Source of the DNA: Lama glama
Taxonomy: Eukaryota
Assembly (NCBI GenBank): GCA_028534125.1
Contig: CM052817.1
Location: 28,708,001 to 28,772,000, forward strand
Length of the DNA: 64,000 bases
Reading direction: 5' to 3'
In this document: positions 1 through 12,188 of the stretch, in pieces
Layout: every line of letters begins with the position of its first letter
Numbering within the stretch: position 1 is the stretch's first letter
Translations under genes and position numbers: made by a program
Notes under the pieces: model-generated
The model's database searches: none
Told to the model about the DNA's origin: nothing
Seen by the model: only the letters and a program-made list of their open reading frames with translations

Positions 1-185
1 TTTTGTTTTGTTTGTTTTTTTTTTAACAGATCTGCCTTTATTGACAAGCTAACCAAAAGCATGGGTGGGAGGAGCTGTGACATCTCAGAAGCCTCAGGGG
101 GCCCACAGGGGCTGGCAAGACCCCCCAGGACTCTTTGTGTGCAGGGAATGTCCCACCAGGAGCTGCCAGTGCAGAGAGGTCCACC
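1..185 (-). pseudogene. 5'-truncated retroposed mRNA 3'-end fragment (source unknown) with poly(A) tail
   Basis: Minus strand: GC-rich unique sequence, AATAAA (37-42), 12 nt spacer, then A-rich tail (1-24). Abuts L2-like sequence. Confidence 0.6.
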
Positions 186-189
186 ATGA

Positions 190-803
190 TTACGAAACCA
201 ACCACTACTTTCCAGAATACACTCATCATTCGAGTTCAGTGCCTCCTTGCCTTTGCCATTGCAGTTCTGCTTAGAATTCTTGTCACCTTTCTTTGTCTCT
301 GGGCTAAATCCTTACAGTCTTTCTTGATTATCTCCCTAAGAAATCTTCCCAGCCCCTCTTGCTTCTCTGCTGGGCTGTGCTCCATTAGTAGCCTATGATT
401 GGCTCCAGAAGAGGCTTGCCATATTGGATTTTGGTCTATTTCTCTATCTCTTCCCCTAAGCTCTGAGTCCCTTGAAGTCACACACAGACTCCCTTGAAGT
501 ATTGTGTACACAGTTTATTTTTCAATGTAAGTGCTATTAACATTTTGAGTGAGGAGATATTCTTCTTGATGTGAAATGTTATTAACATTATAAAATATTT
601 TGCATTCATGGTCCCAATCAGACGTTTGTAAGACCCTAAGTCAAATTTCCAAATGCCCATTAAGTGGGTGCTACTATCCTTAGTTAAAAACCATTATTCC
701 TCAGCTCCAATATGTGATATAAAGAAGGCACTCAAATGTGTGTTGAAAAATAAAAGAATGGGTAAATGAATGAATGAATGAATGAATGAATAGATGAATG
801 GAT
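190..803 (+). mobile_element. LINE-2 3' fragments with (TGAA)n tail
   Basis: gcctccttgcctttgccattgcagttctgc..., ctctgagtcccttga, and aggcactcaaat...aatgaatgaatgaatg typical of the L2 3' end. Confidence 0.6.
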
Positions 804-1791
804 ACCTTTCCTTTAAAATGAATGAGGATTTTCTTGCTGGTTTCCAACAAATTCTAAATGCTTTAGTAGTCTCCCCTGAAACCTACAATTATTCTGAACC
901 AATTCTTCCTTTAGGCAATTCCTAAGTGACAACTTCTGAAATGATGTCGATGCTATTAGCACAGATAATGTCTCAATTTTTTTAATTTCATAGTCAGATA
1001 ATTTGTTATTTATTTTAAGTTTTCTTTTGACCTCGAAGCTTAGCCTAATATACTCAGAACTTCTATAAATATAATTTTTTTCCTTTCTTATAACAAATAC
1101 TACACAACAGACAGCTATCATTAAATGATGGCTGTTTCATGAAGTACAATATACACCAATATTTCTTTCTAGATATATGATTTTATTACAAATTCCAACA
1201 GACTCAGCCCTAAGATTGATGAGTATGTGCTGTTTTGGTGGAATAGAGATAATGCATTATAAATTAGGCTTTTATCAATATTAGAGCTTCAAATCATGTC
1301 TTTTAGATTGCACAAAAATATGTAGCTTTTATACATATGGAAATAGTAGTTGTCTAGTCAGTAGAAAATTGTTATTCTACTAGCATCTCACCATAAAAAT
1401 AAGAAGTTTAAGCATTATCTGTTATAAGAGAGAAAATTTATTTATATCCCTGAAAGCTGTGAATATGTGTAGTCTAAGTCTTCAAACTTAGAAAATCTAT
1501 ATAAAACTATACATTATCTGAAAGAGAAATGTACATGTCCATGCACACATATACATATACACTCGCCTTGGGAATGTAAACGTTACCGCTCCTTAATGGC
1601 TTCAGAACACATGAGAAAACACCTGGGAGGCTCCAATAAGGACATATCTCTTGAGTGTCTTTGAGACTGATCACCACCACAGTGGTGTCTGCACTGCGTT
1701 ATATACAGACATTTGCCAGAGCGCCTGCAGGTTATGTGTTCATGTGTATACATACTTCTTATTGCCCAGTGGCTCTCTCCCACTGGCTCTT

Positions 1792-1885
1792 TTGTAGTTT
1801 TTCTTTTAGTGGTGGTACTGGGGATTGAACCCAGGACCTTGTGTATGCTTAGCATGCGCTCTACCACTGAGTCACAGCCACCCCC
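1792..1885 (-). mobile_element. tRNA-Ala-derived SINE (camelid Vic-1-like, short form)
   Basis: Minus strand has an A-box-like head (gactcagtggtagagcgcatgc), a B box (gggttcaatccc) and an A-rich tail. Degenerate TSD at 1779-1791 and 1883-1895. Confidence 0.85.
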
Positions 1886-3104
1886 GCCAGCTCTTGATAC
1901 ACTGTTGAGGCAAAGTCTATGGTGGCACTTTGCAAGCAAATTATTACTAATAATGAAGTATTGGAATTTGCCTTGGTTTTACTATTTACCTCAATTTTAA
2001 CATTTGTAAGATCGTTGTAATTTAAAAATGTCACTTTCATCTCACTACATTCCTTTAAATGAGAAAGATAATGGTAGACTAATCCTCATAAAAACACCCC
2101 ATTTTTTCCTATATCCAGACAACTCAAGAACAGTTCGGTTTTCTGTTTGATTTGCAAAATTATCTGAAAACCAGTTCAGCTCTGAGTTTGACATTGGGTT
2201 ATGCATGTGACCCCAAATTTGCTACTAAACAAAGAAGACTCATTGTGCAATGTCAAACTGGCACCAGACATAGGAGCCCACTCAAATAATTCTTCTTCAG
2301 TTTCGGTTGATAAAAGCAATACAATGTCACTATAAAGTTACACGTTTTTCTATATTTTGTTAAAGAAGGAAAAAGTAAACCAACAAAACGTCTATTTTTA
2401 TAACTTTGGGTCAGAGCTTCTCTTAACTCACTGTGCCTTGAGAGCGAAGCAATTGGATTACGTTTCTCTGTTCAGTTTGCCAGGACTACTGTAATTTCTC
2501 TTGGGGTGACTTAGTGGCAGGCCTGAGGTTTTAATTCTCCGTGGCCTTCCTTTAATTCCTTTGTTACAATATTGCTGGAATTATTATGTTTTTGATATTT
2601 AATAATAGGAAAGCTTCTTTTTTTGCTCATTCTCTTCAGATAGCTGACTTTTCTAAGTAAAGTATAATAATTGTGCATGCTATCGGTTTATACCACGAAA
2701 TGCATCTTGAAGGTATCAAGTAAATAAGCCGTCCTGTGTAAAACAAAAGAAGTAATACTACGGAACTCTGAAAGCTTAAAAGGAGATCTAGTACCATTAA
2801 ATGAAGTGCTCCATCAGGAATCAATTCACAGGATACTTTAGGGCATACCCTCTCATGAAAACAAAAATAAATAAGTATCGTAAAATAAAAATATGATTGT
2901 ACAGCTTTCTTTAAAAAGGATTGTGCCCCCTTACAACAAGAAGGAAAGTGTAATGTATGTCTTAACTTCAGTGGCCAAGGTATTTAAGGGGCTAAGACAG
3001 AAGACATAAGTTCCTTTCTTTTTTAGGTTCATAACACTATTTATTTTGTAATTCCAGATAGTAGCATCATCACTACCATATCGTGAAGGTCCAGTGATCA
3101 TGGG

Positions 3105-3250
3105 TTAAGAGGCAATATAACAAAGTGATAAAGCTCACAGACTTGGATTAGAATTCCAGTAATGTAACCTACCAGTTTTGTCACCTTGGACTAATTATGT
3201 AACTTCTGAGCTTCACTATTTGTATCAATAAAATAGGATTATTAGTGCGT
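3105..3250 (+). mobile_element. MIR SINE
   Basis: Core-like ttgtcaccttggactaattatgtaacttctgagcttcactatttgtatcaataaaatagg. Confidence 0.65.
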
Positions 3251-3279
3251 CCTTGTCATTTTCATTATATTCATCACCG

Positions 3280-3500
3280 CAACAAATATCTTTTGAGCTT
3301 TGCCCATCGTACCATGTGCCAAGGACTGTACTAAGCATTTTCTGTCCATCATCTCCTATAACCCTCCAAGAAATAATAACAAAATGTGTCTTATAGATGA
3401 GAACAAAGATCCAGCAAGGTTATTTCATGTGCTCAAGGTCACACAGCTAGAAAGAAGCAAAACCTAGAAAGCTAGGAAGAACCAAAGTGTGTCCAAATCC
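3280..3500 (-). mobile_element. MIR SINE
   Basis: atgtgccaaggactgtactaagcattt...ttatagatgagaac...ctcaaggtcacacagctag. Confidence 0.7.
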
Positions 3501-4496
3501 AGGGACTAAGTAAAAGAATGTATATCAAACTTTCAGCGCGGACAAGGTCATAGAGTAAGTGCTACCCTAGATGTTTCCAAGGCAAGTCTCCAAACTCAGA
3601 ATTTTACGGAGGTGGCAGGATAAAGGAGGAAACAAGAGGCAGCCCTCACCACTAGCTCTTCCTCCATTTTCCTTAGTGATTCACACCATGAGTCACACCC
3701 AGATAGTTTTAGAACTGAGAGCCCCCAAAACCACTAATGAGCATGTGGTGAGGAGAGAAGAAAATAAACTTACCAAGATAAATATTGGATAAGTGAATCA
3801 GTGCCCTGGAGGAGCCAAGCATCAGTGAAAAACCAACCAGCTAACCAAACAAGCAAAAACAGGGCGCTCAACCTCTCCTTACCCCTAAGGTCATTTTACT
3901 GGTCTTTAGAATAGATTGTAATTGTCAGGAAGGGTGAATTCATTCTGAATTTACCATAATAATGCATTGCCTCCTATGTGCTCTGTTTTCCTTCCTGCAA
4001 CTTGTCCTTGCTCCCTTTGACACTGCTAAAACCTAGCCCACTTTCCTCCATTTATCGACCAATACCAGAGATGGCAAAGTATATCTAAACCCCAAATTCA
4101 GGTGTTCCTGTAATTCCAAATCAAAGTTTTCTATCCCTGCAATGTTTGTTTTTCTTAACTCACTCTGTGGTCCTTTTACAAATATTTCTCCACCCACAGT
4201 TTCAATGAGTGAAAATTAATCCTGATGATGAAAGAATTCACTGTCAGGCTCAGTGTCTGGTCAATATTTTCCAAGAAAGATATTGAATGAGAACTTCAGA
4301 TGTGCAGTTTCCACATGGAGTTAGGCATTATGGGGTGCATTAGTTTGTTAGAGTTGCCGTAACAGGGGACCACAGACTGGGTGGCTCAGACCACAAAATT
4401 TATTTTCTCACAGTTCTGGAGGCTGGAAGTCCAGGATCAAGGTGTCAGCAGAGTTGATGTCTTCTGAGACGTCTCTACTTGGCTTGGAGATGGTAG

Positions 4497-5037
4497 TGTT
4501 ACCCCAAAAGGTAAAGACCCCATTTTTTGTCTTACCTGAAAGATAAGTTTACAGTTGGGATACAGTGCGTTGTATAGTGAAAGATTTTTAAAGATTTATT
4601 TAGAAAAGAAAAAGTACACCTCCAAGAACGAGAGGTGGGCTGATCCAATTAAGGAAAAGCGGCCGTTCCCGTCTGCCCTGTCTCTTACACCCTCGCTTGG
4701 AGGTGGTCTCTTGATTGACTGCTCTTGTCCCTGGAGTGCTAGTCATATTTAGCCCCTTTTGCGCATGTCCTTACCCATGGTGTACACAGCAAAATCCAAA
4801 AGGGGGCCTAAGCCACGAGGTTATAATTCAATGAACACTGGGTCATGTCCAGTTAAATCCTGTCTGTTACCATGCAGTTGTGGCTGTCGGGTTCTAAACC
4901 GTTTCTTGCTGGCCATCATTTAGAGGAATTAAAGCCCCTTTATGCTGGAGGCCAGCATAAATAATGCCATCCTCTGGACCATCCTCCTTCTCCTCCACCT
5001 TATCTGCCTGGTGCCTCACTTATCTAACTACCTAAGA
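4497..5037 (-). mobile_element. ERV1-like solo LTR nested in MLT1
   Basis: Starts TGTTA and ends ...ctaactacctaaga (decayed taaca). Flanked by gtag/gcag 4-bp TSD. Interrupts contiguous MLT1 sequence. Confidence 0.7.
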
Positions 5038-5133
5038 GCAGGACCCACTGTATCCTCACATGGTCGTCCCTCTGTCTCCACGTGTGTCCTCATCTCCTCT
5101 TCCATAAGACAAGTAGTCACATTGGATTAGGAC

Positions 5134-5462
5134 TTATAAAGATTCTCTCTTCGACCAAGCTCTACCTAAGCTTACCTGAATTCTCCTCTCAACTAGGCTG
5201 TAACTTTTGGGCTTCTGTGTTCCTTTGGAGAATCCTGCATCCTGCTAGGTCAGGTGAGCCAGAATCCCCCACGCTTGATATGTGATCACCCTGGATATCT
5301 GATGGGGTTTCTCCTCCTCTATCACCCTCCAGGTGGTGTCTGATCATCCTGGCCTGCCTTCAGCCAGAATCCTACTAAGGGCAGTTTAGCCAGAATCTCC
5401 CCTTATCTCTGATATTTGCTATTAGTAACTTTTTAGCCATGAACACCTGCACCACCCCAACC
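5134..5462 (+). mobile_element. MER31-like ERV1 LTR, 3'-truncated, nested in MLT1
   Basis: Internally repeated agaatcct...gctaggtcag...agccagaatccccc motifs and gtgatcaccctggatatctgat recalled from MER31. Confidence 0.65.
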
Positions 5463-7599
5463 CTGAGGACATCATTTTAACTTAATTTCATCTTCCATGA
5501 CCCTCTGGGTCACATTCTGAGATAATGGGGGGGGGTTAGGACTTCAACAACTGAATTTGAGGGGAACACAATCTAGCCCATAATACAAGGCATTGTTGTG
5601 CTGCATCTGGGCCCTGATTTCAGGATCAGGCACAAAGGCTTGAGCTTAGAGCTTCCCTCCCTTCTCTTTTCTCTGACTCCCTTTGAGCGAGGATGCAGGC
5701 TGGCTCTCAAGAGGCTCCGCAGCGAGACAGCCAACGTGTAGGCCAGCATTTCTGAGCTGCCTCCCTTGGCCTAGGAGCTCCTTATTTTTCAAGTGTTCAT
5801 AAAAGAATAGTATGATTTACTCAAACCAGTAATTTGCTTTATCCTATTAATTTCCTTTGCACTGAAAAGATTTTAGAAGTCTGTGGAACCAGTGATACAG
5901 CAAAGTCAGACAGCAGGTTAATGTGGAGCTCAGTGAAGTGATCTGTGCTGAACAACAGGCATAAACTCACTCCCTGCAAATATCTGAAGGACTAAGATAG
6001 AAACTTATGCCCATTTTCACGTGCCCCACATCCACTCTCTCTGGCCCAATGGGAACAGGCAGCTCTGTGGTGTGGCTGCGGCAGCTGGTTCTGGGGGCAG
6101 GCAGAGGCAAAGGATTTGGGCAATCACCTCATCTCATCTCATCTCAACCCACACTCCATCATCCATAGAGAACCCAGGTGTCTGAGAGGCAGAATGCAAA
6201 TCTACATCCCTTTGTTCCCCAGTCCTGACGGCAGGCGCAGTGCCATTCCGCACGCATCGCCTCCTGCATCAGCACCAGGAGGCGTCCATCTGGTTTTACA
6301 AGTACTTTTTCCTGGAGAGTATAGGCTTTTGTGTTTGTGTGCCTATGTGTTTACCTTCCTTACAATTTCCAGTGCTAAGACAGAATAGCTGGGATTCTTT
6401 TAATGGCTTTAAAAAAATAATCTGTCCTGAGGCCAGGGGAATAAGTGCGTTGTGTGAATGCAATAATAAATAAATAGATTTGGCAAAGAGGAAAATGATA
6501 CGTTGTTCTTTGGAAGTGCTCCTCAGGGCTCAGCTATGGGCACATTTTACAAATCAGTGATCTTGGAAGTGCTTCTGTTGAAATAAATTAAAATCTCCGG
6601 TGAGTGTCAGCAAAGCTTTTCTGCCTTGTTGCTTGTCAGAGGCAACATCCAGGAAGAGAGCTGGGCTCCTTCTGGACTTGCTCTAGAGCTATTTTGACAG
6701 ATTTTTTTTGCTTTTATCCTTTGTACAGTCATTGTTTATGCCTTAATTAATTTTTTCACCATGGAGGCTTAGTATTTCTTCTTGCAGCACAAAAAACAAA
6801 TTTGCAGAGAGAATGGCCCATTAATCACATTGATCGTAAGTCATTAGCAAGTGTTAATTACATCCCAACAAAAATCCTTAAACACATCCTATAACTAATC
6901 ATAAAACCTCTGCAACACTTTCTCTGGCCACTTGAAACTTGCTTTGTTTCTGTCATTATAAAGATGTCTTCTACTGCATTCGTGAAATATCCATTGAAAT
7001 AAATGGTTTCTGTTTCTCCTGTGGGTTGTGTTCTTTCAGGATTTCTTTTTGCATTTGGCTATTAGTGTAGAGCTCACAGACAGCTATACCCTGATAAAAC
7101 AAATTTTAATTTTAATAATAGAGGTTTCACTCTATTGGGAAAAATTAATTAATCATTTAATTGTTTCAAATCAGGCGGGTCTCTCTTTTCAAAACCTCAA
7201 ATTGTGGAATTGAAATGAATATTAATCTCTGTCTTCTTCTCTGTTAACTCCCTGAGAAAACTCCAATTAAGTAATCACTTTGTCAAATGCAAAGATATAA
7301 TTGAACCTCACTAGTGGAATCAGCCTTGAATCTACAAATCTGCAGACACATACACGCACTATACATATACACAAATGAAATACTGGGAGAATCAGGAAAG
7401 ATGAAAACAATTGTGTTTTTCTTCATGAAAAGCTTAATTCGAATAGTTTGGACTTTGTTTATTTGTCCCATGGGAAATGACTTCAAGTAAACTGAATCCT
7501 TCAGTTTTTATATAAATTCAAATAAAATAGAATTAGATATTATATAATTCTTTCCATTTGTACCAGTTAAAACACATTTGATTTGATAAATTCAGTATT

Positions 7600-7870
7600 T
7601 CATCTGCTCCTTCTTTTCTCCTTTCTATTTTCCCTCCATACTTTTTCCACCATTCTTTTTTCTGTTTATTTTTTTCACTTTTTGACCCCTGTTTTTTTCT
7701 TTCTCCTTCTTAAACTATCCGCACTTGCATTTACCTTTTTTATTTTCCTTTTTGCATTTCCTTCATTGTACTGTTGTTTCTCAATAATTTCCTTTTTTTC
7801 TCTAGTGCTTTCTGCATTTTGCTGACTTCTCCCCTCACTCTTCTGCTTCTGTTTCTTGTCCTGTAACATA
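7600..7870. repeat. Pyrimidine-rich low-complexity tract
   Basis: T/C-dominated sequence. Confidence 0.7.
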
Positions 7871-8127
7871 AAATAACACCATGGTTGCCTTTGCTCTAGC
7901 CTCATCGTCATGTTTTATTATTGCTCCTTCTCTCCCTCCCTCTGGGCCCTTAAATAATTATTTTTGTACAGGATTTTGCAATCTGCTGCCTAGGAATATA
8001 AAATTCTAATAGGTAGGGCTAATAACGTTGGTAAAGTCTGTGTAATGTTTAAAATGTCATTGAGTGGAGAATAAATTGTGAACAGCTTAGCAAGGGATCT
8101 CCTGGCCACCACCACTGACAATCAGAG

Positions 8128-8730
8128 TGAGACAGGAAAAGGGCAGGGCACAGCCATTCAAGGAATGCTACAGCAATTAACATCAAAATGGTGAAAGATT
8201 TAACCCCCAGTAGGCCTTGAGGCTCAAGATGATGGGAGATTTAACTTCTAGTAGACCTTGAGCTTCATTATATGCCTATTATAATATTAGCATGGTGAAT
8301 AACATGCCCACAGGTGCTGTGGCAGGCCCAAGGCTAGCCACAAAAGGTCAAAGAGTGGGAAATGGCCAACTTCCTGGGAACCTCAGCCCCTTCCCCAGGC
8401 TAGTTAGACTGGTCCTTCCACTTATTTGCATATGAAGCCACCAAAGCCCATAAAAATAGCATAATTGCCTCTCACGGCCTCTCTCTCTCTCCCACACTCT
8501 GTCTACTTTTACTCTAATCTGAGCACTCAACCCCCACACCTCATGGTCTTTCTCTTGACTTTCAATGTATCTCTCTAAGTAAATCTACCTTTACTCAACT
8601 ATGGCTCGCTCCTGAATTCTTTCCTGTGCAAAGCCAAGGACTCACGCTTGGCAGGGCACGTCCCAGGGGCTCAACCGAAGCCTGGGACACGGGCCCTCCT
8701 GATGCCCCCACATCCATTTTTCCTGCGTCA
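8128..8730 (+). mobile_element. ERV1-like solo LTR (~600 bp)
   Basis: TG...CA termini, agag/cgag TSD, internal duplication agatttaac...agtag.ccttgag, octamer 8424-8431, TATA-like cataaaaa 8449-8456, AGTAAA 8578-8583. Confidence 0.8.
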
Positions 8731-11693
8731 CGAGCAAAAGATGAATTGATCAAAAATATTTTTCTGGGCTTCATTTTAAAATCTATGTTCAATTTATTGA
8801 ATTGAGTATTAATTGAATTGAACTGAATTGAACTGCTCCTTGGGGCAGGGTCTTCTAAAGCTCTTGTATTTTCAGACTTTGCTTCATGAACTATGTAACA
8901 ACAAAATGAAAAGAGGAGCTTCTTACAACTCAGGCGCTAGATTTTCTGCACACAAGGATACCAGTTTTGTGAAGGAAAGTGCTGCTTTTGCTTTTATTTT
9001 TCATTTCCTCTTAAAGATATTCATTTTCTGAGTTCTTCCTTGTTCATCCTTCACATCAATTTACTAATTATCCACTGTTTTATTATATAAAATATACATA
9101 TATATACATATGTATACACACACACGGCAGGTGCTACATGGACACAGAGTTGATAAAGAAGCACATTACTGGGCTTTCAGAAACATTACAAAGCAGGAAA
9201 GGAATAAGTACATAAATGACTATTAATATAAAGCATTATGTATCTGTAATTATAGAGTTACAAACCAAGTTCCGTGGGTATTTGCATTAGAGACAGATCT
9301 GGTCTTGCTTTGTCAATAAGGAGGTAGAATTTGAGACAATTTTGGAAGATCAATTAACTCTTTATGAGTGCAGAAGGAAATTCCAGGTAGTAAAATAGTG
9401 CAAGCAATGACTCAATTAGAAAATCTGGGGTTATTTGTGAAATGATCATCAATCCTGTTTGGCAACAGTGTGAGGCATCTAAAAATAAGTATGGCAGCTG
9501 AAAAAGGACAAGGGGTCATATTGGGATCTAAAGCTGCTGTGTCTTGTCAGCAGATAACTTCAATCAGGAATTCTCTAAAGGTCTTATATTAGGAGAAGTA
9601 TCTATGTTGTCTGTATGCTGAGGCCAACCAAAGTGATCATTCTATATGGATCCACAGTCAGTCTCAGAACCACTAAAATGTCAGGTCTATGGTTCTCTTA
9701 GACAAACGGCAATACGATATGCATGTAGAGAAAAATTAACATATAAAACCAATAATGTAGAGATTAATATTATGTCTGTGGCTATTTGGACTTTAATACC
9801 TCCAAATCATGCAAAACTGGAAGAAGCACATTTCCTGAGTAAAGAGCGAGTGGCTTTACCTTATGCGTGGTAAAGAATGTCTTCAGAAATACTCTGCAGC
9901 AAAATTACTACTGATTAACTCTTTGGAGATGAAACTAATCATGCTGTGGGGATATAAGGAAAGCATGTAAATTTATGAAACGGAAATCTCTTTGGGTAAA
10001 AATACTGATAGAAAATAAAAGTGTTGAAAGAAATACGCAATAAATACATCTACTTAGTACATAGTAATTCTTTCAGGACTTTTTCCCCAAGATCAGGGAA
10101 GACTTTTTTGTTCTGATGAGGCCTCAAATTGACTAGTTTTTAATGAGGCACTGAATGGAAAGTTCACTTATCCAAGCAACAGACATCAGTTTAGGAAACT
10201 TTTCAGCAAAGTCCCTTTATTATCTATTCGTGATAATGTTAATAATCAAGTATCACCTACTGCTTTTTCAAAACTCTGCCAGAGAGTTCTCTTTTAAACA
10301 ATTACAAAGGCCCAAGCCAGCCATCCCCATACACGATCAAAGGACACGCCCTAGTCACTGTCCTTTCCCTTTCAGTGACTTACTTCCTTCTTTTATTTCC
10401 AGAATAACATTAATAATGTCTGGTTACATTTTTTCCCCTTTATCATTGGGTGTATGAAGTGGGATTCTTCTGTTTGCTAAAAGAAATACTATAGAATTAC
10501 AAGGAAAAAATTTTTTCTTTTGACAGTGAAAGATGGGAACACTGGAAGAAATATTATACTCTCTTTTGTTCTTTTCCCCTCATTATAAATTATATAAATT
10601 ATTTACTGGAAATGGAATGGCTTGGGCTCCTTGGGCTCATAGGAACAGTGTGCCGTGTCCATGTGCTCATAGTTGAAGGGAACATCGTCCTGTGGCAAAT
10701 GTCCAAGAAGCTCTCTCAGTGTGCCTAGGATGGATTGAGGATCCTTTGGCACAATGATCCAAGCTATAAATATAATCTGAAATGAAACAAGGGAGTAATA
10801 ATGTAGAACACGATTTTACTCGACTTTAAGATGACAGGTTAACCGAAGAAACTATTACATCTTCACTGGGTGGACTGACGATTATACGGGGAAGACTGAA
10901 ATGTCTGTGGCTCTCTCACTGGGATTTCTGGGGATTTTTTTGACTTGAGTCCAGACCTAGACTGCTATCATTGGTCCAAGTGTTAGGCAATCATTTTACA
11001 GGAAGGTGTTGGGTACCAGGGAACACTGTAGAATAGATCAAGTGTCCTTCAGGGGCGCTTCAACTCCCATTTCTCCATCTCAGCCCTCAACACATGTCCA
11101 ATATTCTAACTGCTTTCTTGCTTTAAAAGTAACATTGAACCAGGTCACTCAGACTCTATTGTAAAGCAGTTTAATTTCCTTTATCTACTCTAGAATTATG
11201 TACACATTTAAAGAGAAAAGAACTAATAAAGTTAAAAGACATGAGAATGAATTCCTAATAGAAAAATTCCAGACACTGGTAAGAGAAGAGGCGGTTATTG
11301 ACACACTGCAGCAGTGTAGTCCCCAAATCATGCCACACAAAAAACAAAGTGTGTTTGTTCTTCACAGTGGAAGGACTCAAGTTTCATGGCGTGCTTATGG
11401 CAAAGAGGACAAAGTAGTAACTATGTAAAGACTTTTTATCGTAACCTATTTGACTAACAAAAAAGGAAGAGTGTAGTAAACTAATCATACCTTTTGGTAC
11501 ATGTCGAGAGACCCATAATTGTTCGACTGCCTGCCCTACCCTGTGTACAAAGATCTGCATAAGTAGCCAGGACTGTAAGAGTGTGAAAGCTGAAGCAGAT
11601 CCTCACTCATGAGGAAGTGTGTCACTCATATTCTAACATACTTGCTAAGTCATACAAGTAAATTCTTACAACCTCTTTAAAAAACAAAACAGT

Positions 11694-11848
11694 GGGGAGG
11701 ATATAGCTGAATGGTAGAGCACATGCTTAGCATGCCCAAGGTCCTGGGTTCAATCCCCGGTACCGCCATTAAAAATAAATAAACAAGTAAACCTAATTAC
11801 CCCTCCTAAATAAACAAACAAACAAACAAAACAAAACAAAATAAAAAA
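11694..11848 (+). mobile_element. Camelid Vic-1-like tRNA-Ala-derived SINE
   Basis: ggggaggatatagctgaatggtagagcacatgcttagcatgcccaaggtcctgggttcaatccccggtacc, then taaacctaattacccc body and (AAAC)n tail. TSD-like caaaacag on both sides. Confidence 0.9.
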
Positions 11849-12178
11849 CCCAAAACAGAAAAAGAAAATTATACAGCTTAAACAAATAAAGTTTAAAATG
11901 AAATATGTAGTTAAATTAGCTCAGCTAATCAATACCTCAAATTCATGAAGGATGTAAGATAATGAAACATTACCATAACACGTGTCCCAGAATGCTTATT
12001 TATCTACATGTTATCGCTTACATAGCAACATTCAGCTTTCTTCAGTTCTGATAGTCTGAAGCAAAATAGCCTATGGAAATTAAATAGCTTGTGGTTGCCA
12101 GAAATCACATTTAAGGGCAAGTCAGATCAGCACAAAGGAGAGCAAATTAAATGGGACTCTTGTTCAAGCAACGTGTCA

Positions 12179-12188
12179 CTGACGTCAG
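12179..12188. promoter_or_regulatory. Full palindromic CRE (CTGACGTCAG)
   Basis: Perfect TGACGTCA at 12180-12187 in apparently unique sequence. Function unproven. Confidence 0.4.

Larger units (their letters stand above)
4336..5587 (-). mobile_element. MaLR MLT1-type LTR split in three pieces (4336-4496, 5038-5133, ~5460-5587)
   Basis: Characteristic ttctcacagttctggaggctggaagtccaggatcaaggtgtcagcag, cattggattagg, and gtcacattctgag...ttaggacttcaac. Confidence 0.85.

Noticed and set aside
236..511. 91-aa basic ORF as the coding part of the retrocopy
   Set aside because: The sequence resembles antisense L2 rather than an mRNA CDS.
5129..5470. AGGAC direct repeat as TSD of the MER31-like insert
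   Set aside because: The insert lacks a CA 3' terminus, and the second AGGAC fits resumed MLT1 sequence. Likely coincidental.
11694..11766. Possible tRNA-Ala(AGC) gene
   Set aside because: Followed by a SINE body and A-rich tail with TSD-like flanks, with mismatched stems and no immediate oligo-T terminator. It is a SINE head, as is the copy at 1792-1885.
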